A DNA stretch of 63,944 nt, filler included, from Octopus bimaculoides (taxonomy: Eukaryota): assembly GCF_001194135.2 (NCBI RefSeq). It is 7 parts of 7 records of this genome, joined end to end, with 100 filler letters (N's around TTAATTAATTAA, not from the genome) between each part and the next. Parts side by side here need not be neighbours in the genome. Positions count along the whole stretch, not along the records: positions 47,153 to 52,217 come from NC_068998.1; positions 52,318 to 60,418 come from NC_068985.1; positions 60,519 to 61,666 come from NW_026364152.1; positions 61,767 to 63,944 come from NW_026435198.1; 3 more parts are not named here. One strand, written 5' to 3'. A program made the position numbers and the translations under genes. Below the pieces are notes generated by a model that worked only from the letters and a program-made list of their open reading frames with translations, was not told the DNA's origin and made no database searches. How positions within the stretch are numbered: the first letter of the stretch is position 1; every line of letters begins with the position of its first letter. Shown piece after piece: positions 48,051-62,140 of the stretch.

Positions 48051-49734
48051 CATGAACTTTAGTAATTAGAATTTTTTTAATCAATTAATTTCAAATAAAA
48101 TAATTATGTCTGTATGTGTTTGTGTGTACGAGTGTATGTTCATGTGTGTGTGTGTTCGTATATGTCTATTGATGTGCGCTTGTGTGTGTTTGTATGTGCA
48201 TTACATGCGTATCTATGTATGGGTATGTATATGGATATCTGTGTATGCGTGTGCTGGCGTGAGTTTGTAAGTATGTACGTGTGCGTGTGTGCATGAACTT
48301 TGCCCTCAGTCGTTCTTTTTCTTCTTTGTCTCTTTAAATCCATAATTTCCTTATACTGCATCTCTTCTTCTGCTTCTCCTCCTCCTCCTCCCCTTCCTCC
48401 TCCTTTTGCCTCTCCTCCTTTCTCTATCTCTCTGTCTCCCTCAGTACCTCTCTTTCTATCTAGCTATTTAATCTATCTGTCCGTCTGTCTGTCTCTCTGT
48501 CTGATCGTCTGTCTATCTATCTATATATATACATATTTATATGTAACTATCTATCTATCAATATATCTATCTATCGATACGTCTGTCTCTCTGTCTATCT
48601 ATCTATCTATCTCTTTTTTCTTTCTCTGTTTCCTTCCGTTTCTCTACCTCTCTTTCTCTTCCCCTCTCTTCCTCTCTCTTTATCTCTTTCTCTTTCTGCC
48701 CTTCTCCCCGTGTTTCTCCTACCCGCCATTCATTTTCTATCTCTCCCTTCCCCTCTCTCACCTTGGCCTGTCCCTTTCTCCCTCCCCGTTTTTCCTCTCC
48801 TTCGCTTCTTCCTCTCCTTTCCACCTCTTGTCTTTCCTTGTCTCTGAAACTCAGTCCATGTCAGCATCCTTCTCCTCTCTCTCTCTCTCTCTCTCTTTCA
48901 CAATCTCCATTCGCCGTCCCCTCCCACACCCTCTCTTCCTTCCATCCCACACCCCACAATCCCATCACCAAAACCACTACTGCCCCAACCGCCACCGCCA
49001 CCACTTCCATCATCATCACGACTACCACCAACAACATCCACGATCACCAATCATCGCACCCACCACCACAACCGTCAACGCCACCATCACCACCACCAAC
49101 ACCACTATCACCATTNNNNNNNNNNNNNNNNNNNNNNNNNNNNNNNNNNNNNNNNNNNNNNNNNNNNNNNNNNNNNNNNNNNNNNNNNNNNNNNNNNNCG
49201 TAACACCCCCCTCCATCATCGCTTCCAACACCACCATCATCGCAACGACGACGAACTCCACCACTTCTACTCCCCCCCCACCGATCTTATGCACCTACCT
49301 TTTCACTGTTCATTTAGAGCTGTCTGTCTGTTCGTCTCCGCCATTACTATACTAATTGCTTCGATCCTGCAACACTGCTTATTAACCAGCAAAATTTTGC
49401 TTGTTGGTGAGAGATTCATTCAAGGACTCTCTCGTAATTGAGCGAAATACAGACCGGAAATTTATCAAATATTAATTTGTTGTTGTTGTTGTTGTTGTTG
49501 TTGCGGCTGCTGCTGCTGCTTCTATTGTTGTTGTTGCTGTTACGGTCATGCTTCTTGTTGTTGCTTTTCTCGTCGTTCTTAATGACGATGACGACGATGA
49601 TGATGACAACGACGATGATGACGATGACGATGATGATCATGGCGATGATGAAGATGATGATGATGATGATGACGATGATGATGATGATGGTAATGATGAT
49701 GATGACGATGATAACGGTGATGATGTATGTTCAT

Positions 49735-49870
49735 GTGTACCTATTTTATTGACCCAGAAAGGATGAAAGGCAAAGTCGTGTTTGGCGGAATTTGAACCCA
49801 GGACGGAAAGACGGGCGAAACGCCGCTACGTACTCTGTCCGGTGTGCTAATCATTCTGCCAGTTCGACGC
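49735..49870 (-). mobile_element. SINE family B partial
   Basis: Reverse complement of the B head and body. Confidence 0.75.
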
Positions 49871-50234
49871 ATTAAAAACGATTTTAATAATTAACAGAAA
49901 CTATGCCTAAATTTAAAGAAATCATATGCCCAACTCGTTCTTTTCGTTATCGAACAACTGTTTGGAAATGAAGAGATATATAAAACTCAGAGTTATGTAT
50001 TTCCCCGACAAATTTTGGAAAATATTCATGGCCATAAAATCGGGCTTAACAGAGACGACGGACTGGTTGATTTATGAGTTCGCGAGTGAATGTGCGTAGC
50101 TTAGTGCCTTGGGTATTCACCTAACGATCGTAAGGTCGTGAGTTCGATACCTGGCGACGCATTGTCGCCTTGAACAAGATATTTTACTTCACGTTGCTCC
50201 AGTGCAGTCTGTGTTTTAAAAGGTCCGGCTTTTC

Positions 50235-50693
<459 letters not shown>

Positions 50694-51259
50694 CCAACTT
50701 CAATTAAACATTGGTATTATATTCCGCTCTTTGCACTTTAGTAACTAAAAACAATTTTTTTGTTTTTGTTTTCTTCTCTTGTTTACACGCGCCAACTTGC
50801 ATTCCAAATTACACACACACACACACATACACACACATATATATGCAAACACACACTCATACGTACGTAAATATGATGTTCGTTGTTACGTGAATGACGA
50901 CTTGTATGTTTTGGCGTGTGGAAACACCTGAACAATTGCGAAGAATATATATATATTTGATGTCAAAGACGGCAATAAGTTGTTTACACATGAAAGAGGC
51001 CATAATGAAAGATCTTTTGGCCTTTGTTAAGGCAATGACGAGCTGTCGTTTTGATCTCGTAAAAAATAAAAATATATTTCACAAGTATGTCTTTTTAATA
51101 TAATTCGGTAAATTCTTCATCTTACGCTTTGATTCAGTCAACGTCTCCCTTTCATTTTCTCTTTCTCTCTCACTATGTTATGTATACACGTGTGTGTGTG
51201 TGTGTGTGTGGCGTTATTACTTGGTCACTTTGCACGTAATGTCTCTGTTACGCTGTGCT

Positions 51260-51291
<32 letters not shown>

Positions 51292-51470
51292 ACACTTACT
51301 CTCTTTCTCCCTCTCGCTCTCTTTCTCTTCATCTCTTCCTCCCCACTGTCGCTTCCTCTCTATTTCACTCTATTGCTATCACTTATAATGTCTTTCTACA
51401 CACGAACATACGCATACACTCAGGTACAGCCACATATAGATACACACACACACACACATGTGTGTGTGTG

Positions 51471-51574
<104 letters not shown>

Positions 51575-51837
51575 CATGCGTATGTACATATATGCATACA
51601 TACATATACATACATACATACACATAATATATATATAGACATATATATACACAAATAGATGTGTTAATGTATATATATTTGTAACACAATATTTCAATGT
51701 ACACATACGTGTAAAGATATATACACATATAAGCAGTTACACACACACACACACACACAAGCACACATATATATTTATACATATACATGAGTGTATATAT
51801 AAATATATGAGTGTGTATTTATGTATATATATATATA

Positions 51838-51876
<39 letters not shown>

Positions 51877-52689
51877 TATATTCTATAAGCGTTTATTAAT
51901 TGAAAACATCCATAGTAGTCAGACCTATTGTCACAATCAATCTGTCCACCGGTGTCTCTCTGTCTCTCTCTCTCACTCTCTCCCTCTCGTTCTCTCACTC
52001 TCATTTTCACTTTCCTTTCCTTCCCTCTCTCTCGCTCTCTCGTTCTCCTTGACGTTCTCTCCCCCCACCCACCTTCTTTATACCTCCACCTCCAGTCCTC
52101 GCTCCGACTCCCTGTCGTTCACCTATTTCTTGGAACTAACCGCCTCCCAACCTGCTCATTGTTTTATTTTTCCATCGCAGTCCTTTTGTTCTCTCTGCTT
52201 ATACACGCACGTATATANNNNNNNNNNNNNNNNNNNNNNNNNNNNNNNNNNNNNNNNNNNNTTAATTAATTAANNNNNNNNNNNNNNNNNNNNNNNNNNN
52301 NNNNNNNNNNNNNNNNNTATATATATATACATATAACGTTTGTTTTTCCCCTGTGTTGGTTTTTGTTTGCCACCACTTTAGAATCCTCCGCATAGCAGGT
52401 TCTACTTAATTTGCTTTGTGGGAAGAGCTATTCTAGGAGCGCGTTCCGCCTCATCTTCGAAACCCTTAGTGTAGAATAGAGGGAGCTGATGAAGGAAAAG
52501 TTTCATATGTGGCTTGTCTGTTTTTTTTGTGTTCATTCTGTTGTCCGTACAAAAAGTTCGTTTTTTTGTCCTTTGCGTGTGTCCCCGTTCCTTTTTTGTC
52601 CAGGTTTTTTTGACGTCCTGTACCCGGATATGCATCTATATATATACATGTACATGTAGGTATGTACATTTATGTATGTAGAAGAGCAC

Positions 52690-52996
52690 ACACCACTACC
52701 ATATTCGCCGGACATTGCCCCATCTGATTATCATTTATTCCGAGGTCTTCAAAATCATTTGGACGGAAATAATATGAATTCTCTAGACAAAGTCAGAACA
52801 GTACTGGAGGAGTATATTTCGTCACAGACAAGGGAATTTTGGAAGAGTGGACTTGCAAGTCTACCAGACAGATGGAAAAGCATTGTAGAAAATGTAGGAG
52901 AGTATATTTTAGATTAAAAAAGAACTTCGTTTATCTTAATTTTGAAAAGTAAAAGAAGTATAAATAAATCCCATTATTTATGAGATGACCCATTAT
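52690..52996 (+). mobile_element. Mariner transposase C-terminus and 3' terminal repeat
   Basis: PYSPDIAPSDYHLFRGLQNHLDG...WKSGLASLPDRWKSIVENVGEYILD*; end ...ttatgagatgacccatta. Confidence 0.9.
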
Positions 52997-55900
52997 CTAT
53001 CTAATTAACTATATATAAATATATGTGAGTGTGTGTGTGTGTGTGTTTATGGTGTATGGAAGCATCTTTCATATTCACCGTGGCGCGTTAAGCATCTAAA
53101 CAGAATATATAAGTAAGACAACTCTAATAATATCCGTAGTTGGGAGGACAAATGCATTTAACAAAGAATCTCTTCTTTAAACCCAAATTGGCAAAATGTA
53201 AATGGAACGGATATAGTTCGTTTCTGTCAGATTTCATCAATGTATTTTTACCATATATGGAAACACAGTATCGCAGAATGACTTACGCCAGTGAGCTATG
53301 TGCGTTATGAATATATTGCCGTTGTAGAAAAGAAGTTATTCTCTCGTGAGAGTACACAACAGCGACTAACATATTTTGTGCTCAAATCTGTATGAACATA
53401 TGAAGAATAAATATACAAATCAATTTTCTCAGATTTCGCTGCATACAGCCATCGCCATCTCATTTTGGGAGTATAAAGAACAATATTGTATAATGTGTCA
53501 TTTCCTTAAGTTAGCAACGTCTGATTTGAGGCAATCGGTTGCATGCTCTCTCAGCCACCAACGCGAACTGTTGACTTGTCTGTTAGCAATTGAGTACCCA
53601 AGATAATGCACTACCTCCATTCACTGACTGAATAATTATGTTAAAACCAATGTAGCATTGTATGTAGGTTTCCTCAGACTAGATTGAGTTATTGAAATAT
53701 AGTGAAGAATGGTAATCTGATTCCATCACAGATTCAGATAGCTATTATTTATGCGCTTTACACTTTCTATGACATATGTCACGGAAGTATCAAGATTTAT
53801 TGTACTGGCTATGAAATTCATTTAGTTTATTGCAATGAAGCATTAAACCATCACTTCTATATTGGCTAGAAGAGCTTCACTTAGAAAACTGGTCAATAAA
53901 CTTGTAGAAATATAATTGTGTATCCTGTACACAGGGATTTAACTGAATAAAACTTTCCCTCGTGATTGGACCGCTTTTAGATATCTTATAATATTTTATT
54001 GTAAAGCGACGTATATTTTCATATAGAGAATACTGATAAAGTGAGACGATACTCTATTCACACACGACAGATCTCTGATGCATGTTACGTCTGGAGCACT
54101 CTATTTTATTAATAAGTACTTCGATTCAAATTCTTGTAGACTCGCTTCGAGCTCGCGACATGTTCGGTTTTCTCTATTAACATCGCGTTGGTCCAACCCT
54201 TGTTAGTGAAATTGTGTTGAGGTGCGGATATGGAAGTTACGGAAATCATGTGAGAGACCCTTGTGGGCAACAAAGAAATCATGCGAGAGCCGTTGAATAA
54301 AATGCACTAGTAATTTAAATGAACCAGAATTGAGACTAATAATGCACATTCCAAAATTTCTGCAACTCACGCATTTAATAATGATGTTGCAGACGATGAT
54401 GATGATGATGAAGGAGAAGATAGTGATGATCATGATGATATTCTTGCCATATTTACAATTATGTGTTATTCTGAAAATCGAAACTACGGTCATATCTCGC
54501 ACGAAATTTCAAGAGCAAGCCAGCTCGATATAAATGTAATATTAAACAATAGTACACAAGCTAGCTGTAATTATATATACTATCAAAGTAAAGTAAATAT
54601 CAAATATCAATGAAGAACACTAAAATGAAGGAATACATAGAGAAAATTCAAATAAAGAACACAAGAGAATAAACCATGAAAATAGAATGGCTAAGCCATA
54701 TTTTTGACAGATTTCAATACAAGGGAAAATGCGTGCAATATTATCGAAATCTATATTGTTATCCTCTTTGTACAACTATACTGCATTCGCTCATGATGTG
54801 GATAATGTTTTCAGTTTTAACACCTTGTCTACCTAACTGTGACTCAATGTTTTATTGACTTGATATTCCATATATCTTCTAAAAGCTTCTTATGTTGAGC
54901 AGATTAATACTTCACTTCCATCTTCTAATTCTTATTTTCGCATCCACTGTCATGTAACTAACAAATCCATTCAGTTACTCATAACTCTTCCATACCACCC
55001 ATTCGTTGTTTTTCTGTTATCTTTCTATTTTTCTCTATTAATAACTCCTTATAACCCTGCATATCAATGCAGTCTTCATTCTCTCTGACACTAAAGACAC
55101 TTTAACAATAAACAGTACTGAACTGTTAGTTACATACAATCCCACCACATTGTTTTCATCCCCAGTCATCCTGAGCACTTAAAACCTATCAATGTTTCTT
55201 ATTGGTTGTGACAACCCATGAATTCAACAAGTTTCATATCATTCAGTTTAACTTCAGACTCCATTCTATATTACTTTTAATGACAGTCCTATAATCTTTT
55301 TCGTAATATATTCTTGTTTCTGCTATTTACTTTCGACTTGAAGATCAATTTTAAGTTTTCTGGTAATATTTTTTCTAGATAAATACTTTTTAATATATTT
55401 TATTATTTTGTGGCGAGGTATCACTACATATTTCGTATGTGTATTTCGTGTGCAAGATTCTTGATGTGGATACGTGTATTGAAAGAAATACAATTAAACC
55501 GGCATAATGCGTCTCCCAAGGTTTAATTGTATCACTACATAATTCGATGAAAATTGTTCTATCATATTTTTTATTAAAAATATGCTGCACCTCATCCTGA
55601 ATAAAATTTCTATTATTATTGATTAGCGGGCCCAATGGAAATTTCACGGGAAGAAAAAGATTAAGAGGAACTATTTAAGAAAGAAAGGGTGATTTACATT
55701 TTTATTTCGTATAAATATTATTGCTGCTTTTGCAATAAATGATGCAAAAATATACATTAACAATCTTTGCAATACTTAATACAAATATCATTCCTAAATA
55801 TGTAATACCCTTTAAACTGTAAGATCGATATAGCTTTTCTTTTTTTTAAAGTATTCGCTCGTTACAAGGTCTTTAGACCACTGCAAACGTAAGAGATTCT

Positions 55901-56102
55901 AGAAGAAAAACGGAAGCTAGACAGAAGTCAATCGGTGAGGATGTACATTAGACTCAAAAGACTGGAGATCATATTGAAGAGAAAAACAAGAGTCTGGAAG
56001 GGAAATCCAAAATTCAGAGGTGCGAGGGAAGAAACTGGTACTCTAAAGAGCTTTACGACACTCAGGAGGTTGCACAGTACATTGATGAAAACTTCATGCA
56101 AT

Positions 56103-56253
56103 ATTTACATTATTTACGTTATTTACATTCGAATGATATTTGTCCTCATCTTGTTTGTTGTTAACACATATATTCTTGTTTCTACTAGGTGTTAACAACA
56201 AACAAGATGAGGACAAATATCCGTCGAATGTAAATAATGCAAATAATGTAAAT
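56103..56253. repeat. Foldback inverted repeat, 65-bp arms, 21-bp spacer
   Basis: 56103-56167 against 56189-56253 are reverse-complementary at 61/65 positions. Confidence 0.9.
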
Positions 56254-56269
56254 TATCTACCGAATTCTC

Positions 56270-56640
56270 CATCTCTTAAATATAGAACTGAACTTGATGC
56301 AAGTCTAGTTGATCGCTGATAATTTTTTACAGGAGGAACCAGAGAAGCGAGCTCAGCTGAACAATGTCCATAAAAATACTTGTAGAAAAGAGACAAGGAA
56401 TCCACACAACGATGATGAGAGAGTGAATCCAATTTAGAAGATAGATCAGGACCAGTAGAATTGCGAATACGGCGTTGAATACGGTCCAACAGAGTTAAAC
56501 AATCCGCAGGAGTACCTGCCCATATGATACAATAGTGCTCAATGGAGGGGCGAATGGTGGACTTATAAACGAAATAAATAGTCTTGGGAGTGAGATAACT
56601 CCTCGAACGAAGGAGTGAGCCTACGTTCATTGTAGCCGAT
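56270..56640 (-). mobile_element. CR1-like LINE ORF2 C-terminal fragment
   Basis: YLTPKTIYFVYKSTIRPSIEHYCIIWAG...LDRIQRR...LSHHRCVDSLSLFYKYFYGHCSAEL. Confidence 0.85.
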
Positions 56641-56866
56641 TTGGCATATATAATAGCATATTCCTTATTACGCAATATTACTTTATATTATGTAAACTTA
56701 ATGTAGACAAAACGATATAGAGAATAAAGACAATGCTTTTATTTACATAATTATTTTCAATTTCATTACAAATTTTAAAAAGAAGCGTCCACGTTTGTTT
56801 TGCGAAGTTATTTCAATTCCAGTTATATTGATATACTATATGACTTTAAAAGTTTCCTCTGCTAAA

Positions 56867-56940
<74 letters not shown>

Positions 56941-57342
56941 TCTGTCTCAACTCACTCTCTCTTTTCCTCTCTCTCTCTCTCACTCTCTTTCCACTTCTTA
57001 AACAAACATCTTAATGTAATTCCTCACTTCACATAGTTAACATTTCTCTGTTTCTCTTCACTTCTCACTTCCACAAACCATCAGAGTGACATCGGCTGGC
57101 TGCCTGCTCTCTCGCTCTCATACTTCCTCCCTCTTTCTCACTCTCGCATTCCTTCTTCCGATCTTTCTCACTCTCCCTCTTTCTTTGCCACTTTCACTCC
57201 ACCTCTTACTGACACTACCGCCTCCTCTCTCAAACAAACTAAACATTAACGTAACCTGTACACGGAACGATATGCTACAAACACCGACGAAATAATGACA
57301 GCAACCCCGACATTAACAACAGAAGATGCAGCATCAATGATT

Positions 57343-57755
57343 AGGCGCAGGAGTGGCTGTGAGGTAAGTAGCTTGCTTACCAACCAGATGGTCCCGGGTT
57401 CAGTCCCACTGCGTGGCACCTTGGGCAAGTGTCTTCTACTATAGCCTCGGGCAGACCAAAGCCTTGTGAGTGGATTTGGTAGACGGAAACTGAAAGAAGC
57501 CCGTCGTATATATGTATATATATATATATATATATGTGTGTGTTTGTGTGTCTGTGTTTGTCCCCACCTCCAGCATCGCTTGACAACCGATGCTGGTGTG
57601 TTTACGTCCCCGTAACTTAGCGGTTCGGCAAGAGAGAACCGATAGAATAAGTACTAGGCTTCCAAAGAATAAGTCCTGGGGTGGATTTGCTCGACTAAAG
57701 GTGGTGCTCCAGCATGACCGCACTCAAATGACTGAAACAAGTAAAAGAATAAAAG
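57343..57755 (+). mobile_element. SINE family A, full length reference-like copy
   Basis: tRNA-like head, CORE-like ggcaccttgggcaagtgtcttc, internal (TA)(TG) linker, tail. Confidence 0.9.
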
Positions 57756-57852
57756 AGAGGTAAATGAAAGGAGCCGAACAGTAACAAAAACGGAAACATT
57801 AACAACAATAAAAATGAGAATGAAGAACAACGATAAAGACAAAATTGGATAT

Positions 57853-58944
57853 CTAAAGCTCAGAGTCTATCTTGGATTTGATCTATCTGACAGATAGCTC
57901 ACAATTGTGTGTCTGTTGAGAGCAATATCATTTGTGGTGCGTACAAAAATCAGGATTTTTGTCCACAGTGAAGGAATACACAAGCAACCTCCTACTTCTG
58001 GTGATATTATCGTCACAAGAAGAATAATTGGTAAATTGCCTTTTCAGCCTACTTGAAAATACGATCCCGCTGCAACCACCAGCATTAACACCAATACATC
58101 ACTGTCAAGTTTGCAGACACGCTCCACCACACAGGGACATAACTTAATCGTGTCTTGAATTGAAACAAAAAATGTGAAAACATGCTTTACGCGGTCCAAA
58201 CGAAAAGGAATATGAATTATACCCGAATGCAAACGTTTAAGGAATGAAACCAACCTTAAACTATTGCACACAAAGCAATAGGAACTATGAGCTCGAAAAC
58301 AGAAAAGGTGACACAGCAGCAAGTAGAAAATTGTCTCAGATCCAACATGTATCCGAAACATACGTCACCAGGGTTAGAATATGGAAGATGAAGCCCCGAA
58401 GCACTACATAACTGCTTCAAGGTGTGACGAACTTGTCTTTATATAAATTTATCTTGGTAGCAAAATAGTAAGAATAAAGATAGAAAATGCACTTCCAAAA
58501 CTAAAACAAACTGCTTGTTGGTATCCACTGTCCTCTTCGACACGGAATATATGTGCAAAAACAAAATTATTTAGTTGGGCCCATGTGGTAGAGAAACAAG
58601 CGCCTTAACACACATCCACGCCTGTTCATTTTCATAAATACTCAACTACAAAGTTGTTATTGTCTCTCTGCAACACATAATAAAAATTAAATAATTATTA
58701 TGGCTGCAAAAACAAAATTATTTAGTTAGGTCAAGTGATGGATCTGTTAATCCAAATGAATCACTAAAGCTCAGAGTCTATCCTGGATCTGATCTATCTG
58801 CCAGATAGCTCATTGTTGTGTATGTCTGTTGATAGAGCAGTATCGTTTGTGGTGTAACAAAAAGAAAAATTCAGGATTTTTGTCCACTGTGAAGGAATAC
58901 ACAAACAACCTCCTTCTTGTGATATTGTCGTCACAAGAACAATA
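57853..58944 (+). repeat. Diverged ~175-bp direct repeat (57853-58027 and 58764-58944)
   Basis: Both begin ctaaagctcagagtctatc.tggat.tgatctatctg.cagatagctca and end gtcacaagaa.aataa. Confidence 0.85.
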
Positions 58945-59149
58945 ACATCATCCTAAATAAAGGAGCAGCACCAACAACAGCATAACACCACGACAGCACA
59001 TAGATGGCAGTAACTACAACACTGAAATCAGCAGCCACTATAGCAGCAACAACCACATGAGAAACAAAAACAGTAGAAGAAACAAAAAAAACAATCAAGA
59101 AATGAACTAACCGACCTGAACATTCGCAACATCTTCCGCAGTAACAACA

Positions 59150-59272
59150 CTACGTGGCACCTTGGGCAAGTGTTTGTACTATAGCCTCGGAGCGACCAAA
59201 CCCTTGTCAATGAATTTCGTAAGACGGAAACTGAAAGAAGCCCTTGGGATGTATATATATGTATATATATAT

Positions 59273-59308
<36 letters not shown>

Positions 59309-59560
59309 CTGTATTTCCCCTCCCCACACACATACACACGCACCATCGCTTGACACCGATGCTGCTGTGTTTACGTTCCCATAACTTAGTGGTTCGGCAA
59401 AGGCGACCGATACATTAAGTAAGTACAAAGAATAACTCCTGTGCTTGATTTGTTCGACTAAAGGCGATACTCCAGCATGGCCGCAGTCAAATGACTGAAA
59501 CAAGTAAAGGAATATATATANNNNNNNNNNNNNNNNNNNNNNNNNNNNNNNNNNNNNNNN

Positions 59561-59603
<43 letters not shown>

Positions 59604-59775
59604 ATATACGAACGGCTTTTTCAGTTTCCGTCTCCCAAATCAACCCACAAGGATTTGGTCGGCCCTAGGCTATAACAGAAGACATTTAACCAAGGTGCCA
59701 CGCAGTGGGTATTGAACCTGGGCCCATGTGGTAGAGAAACAAGCGCCTTAACACACATCCACGCCTGTTCATTTT
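59150..59775. mobile_element. Two partial SINE A copies, tail-to-tail across a gap (59150-59510 +, 59590-59775 -)
   Basis: Match to 57410-57750 and the reverse complement of the A head. Confidence 0.8.
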
Positions 59776-60243
59776 CATAAATACTCAACTACAAAGTTGT
59801 TATTGTCTCTCTGCAACACATAATAAAAAGTATGAAAACATAAATGACAATAGAATAAGTAAAGTCCAACCTCAGGGCAACTCTGACAAAATCAATAAGG
59901 ATTAGAAGTAGCGACGATGAAAGATCAATAACTATGCATTAAGTGTGCTATCTACCCACGCTCTAAACAGTCGAAGATAATCAATTTTGATTGCCCCGCT
60001 TTTAAAACGATATTAAGAAGACAACCCGAGTAGCAATATTGTAAGTAACTAGATTTACGAGGCAACTGAGTTGTTGGGAATGAATCTAAATTTGATTGGT
60101 AAAGACGTAAATAATTTTTCACCAAAGGACATCAACTTGCAAATCGAGATATTATTGAAGAAGAAAAAATTAAGAAAATGAAAATATTGAATGATTACTG
60201 AAACGTTCAAAAGAGAACCCGAAACTCTTTATGTAATGAAGAT

Positions 60244-60307
<64 letters not shown>

Positions 60308-60518
60308 CATACATACATGATACATACATACATACATACATGTATGCATATACATATATTTATATGCGTGTGTGTATGGATATATGTCTATGTGAGTGTG
60401 TGAGAGAGAGTATATATANNNNNNNNNNNNNNNNNNNNNNNNNNNNNNNNNNNNNNNNNNNNTTAATTAATTAANNNNNNNNNNNNNNNNNNNNNNNNNN
60501 NNNNNNNNNNNNNNNNNN

Positions 60519-60553
<35 letters not shown>

Positions 60554-60774
60554 ACACACACATTCACTCTTTCCACATACACCCACGCCCATTTCTATAC
60601 TATATGTGTGTGAGAGAGAGAGAGAGAGATGAGTGTGTCTGTATGTTTGTATATAAACACCTACCCGTATGTCTGTATGAGTTTGGGTTTTTTGTTGTTA
60701 TTGTTTCTGTTTGTAATATTTCATTGTGTTAGATCGCCTCCCGAGTAACCTCATCCAAGCATCATGCACCTCAT

Positions 60775-61230
60775 AATTCATTCAGCCCTAATTTCCAGTT
60801 TTGATACAAGGCCACCAATTTTAGGGGGAACGTGTAAGTCGATTTTTTCGAACTCATTGCTTCAATGGTAACTATTTTATCAATTCCGAAAGGATAAATG
60901 GTAAAGTAAACCTCGTCGAAAGTTAAACTCAGAATGTAAATCCAGACAAAATGCCGAGTAGCTAATGGTTCAGCAGCTCGATGCCATACCATGTGGTAAT
61001 ATTCCTAACTATAAGGCGGTGAGATGGCAGAAACGTTAGCACGTCGGGCGAAATGCTTATCGGTATTTTGTCTGTCTTTATGTTCTGAGTTCAAATAGCG
61101 CTGAGGTCGACTTTGCCTTTCATCATTTCGGGGTCGATAAATTAAGTATTAGTTGCGTACTGGGGTCGACCTAATCGACTGGTTCCTTCCCCAAAAATTT
61201 CTGGCCTTGTGCCTAAAGTAGAAAAGAATA
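60775..61230. mobile_element. Back-to-back SINE B copies (60775-60990 -, 61015-61230 +)
   Basis: The plus copy is well preserved: aaggcggtgagatggcagaaacgttagcacg...ggccttgtgcctaaagtagaaaagaat. Confidence 0.85.
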
Positions 61231-61765
61231 TTCCTACACAATGCATGACCTTTTAAGCATTAACAAAAGGTATCCTTATCAGCTGAAGATATATTGCTGT
61301 CCAGTGTGACATTAAGGACAGTTTTGAGATCCTATTGTCTACAACGTCTTTGATTTATTTATTTTTCTTAATTTTCTTGTCCTCGATTTTTTTTTTATTT
61401 TGTTCTTACGTGTCTCAAGTCGGACACGTGATCAAGACTGGATTGAAATTTTATTCCCGTTTTGATCATGTATGCATCTATGTATATATAATCATGTATA
61501 TGTATACATAAATATCAATCGAACAGCAATCTATTACGTATCTAACAATCAATCTACCTATCTATCTTTCTTGCTTTCCGTTATATATATGTGTGTGTGT
61601 GTATGTATATTTCTATTCATTTATTTATGGCACGTATGCTCATTTATATATATATATATATATATANNNNNNNNNNNNNNNNNNNNNNNNNNNNNNNNNN
61701 NNNNNNNNNNTTAATTAATTAANNNNNNNNNNNNNNNNNNNNNNNNNNNNNNNNNNNNNNNNNNN

Positions 61766-62140
61766 NTGTACCAAGAAAAAGAGGGGGAAGAGGACTTATT
61801 GGATGTGAACACAGCACTAGAGAATAAGAAAACAACATAGCATGGTATGTAAAAAATGCCGCAGAACCGCTATTATTAGAAGTAAGACGGTCAGGCTTGT
61901 ATTGGATGAAAGATTGCAAAGATAAAGCACTATACAAGAAATTGAAAACGAATGAAACTGAAAATAGGTGGGTAAAGAAAAGAATGCATGGACAATTTCA
62001 TAGGGATGTTGAAGATAAGACAGACAGAGAAAAAAGATAGCTGTAGATGACTAAAAGTAATTTAAAATTGGAAATGGAGGCTCTAATCTGTGCTGCCCAA
62101 GAGCAAGCACAAAGAACAAATTACATAAAATACAGAATAG
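61766..62140 (+). mobile_element. R4/Dong-like LINE fragment (post-RT region)
   Basis: VPRKRGGRGL...WVKKRMHGQFHRDVE...LKLEMEALICAAQEQAQRTNYIKYRI; bounded by gaps. Confidence 0.85.

Noticed and set aside
59970-60046. AG...GTAAGT bounded exon candidate
   Set aside because: Stop codons in all three frames.
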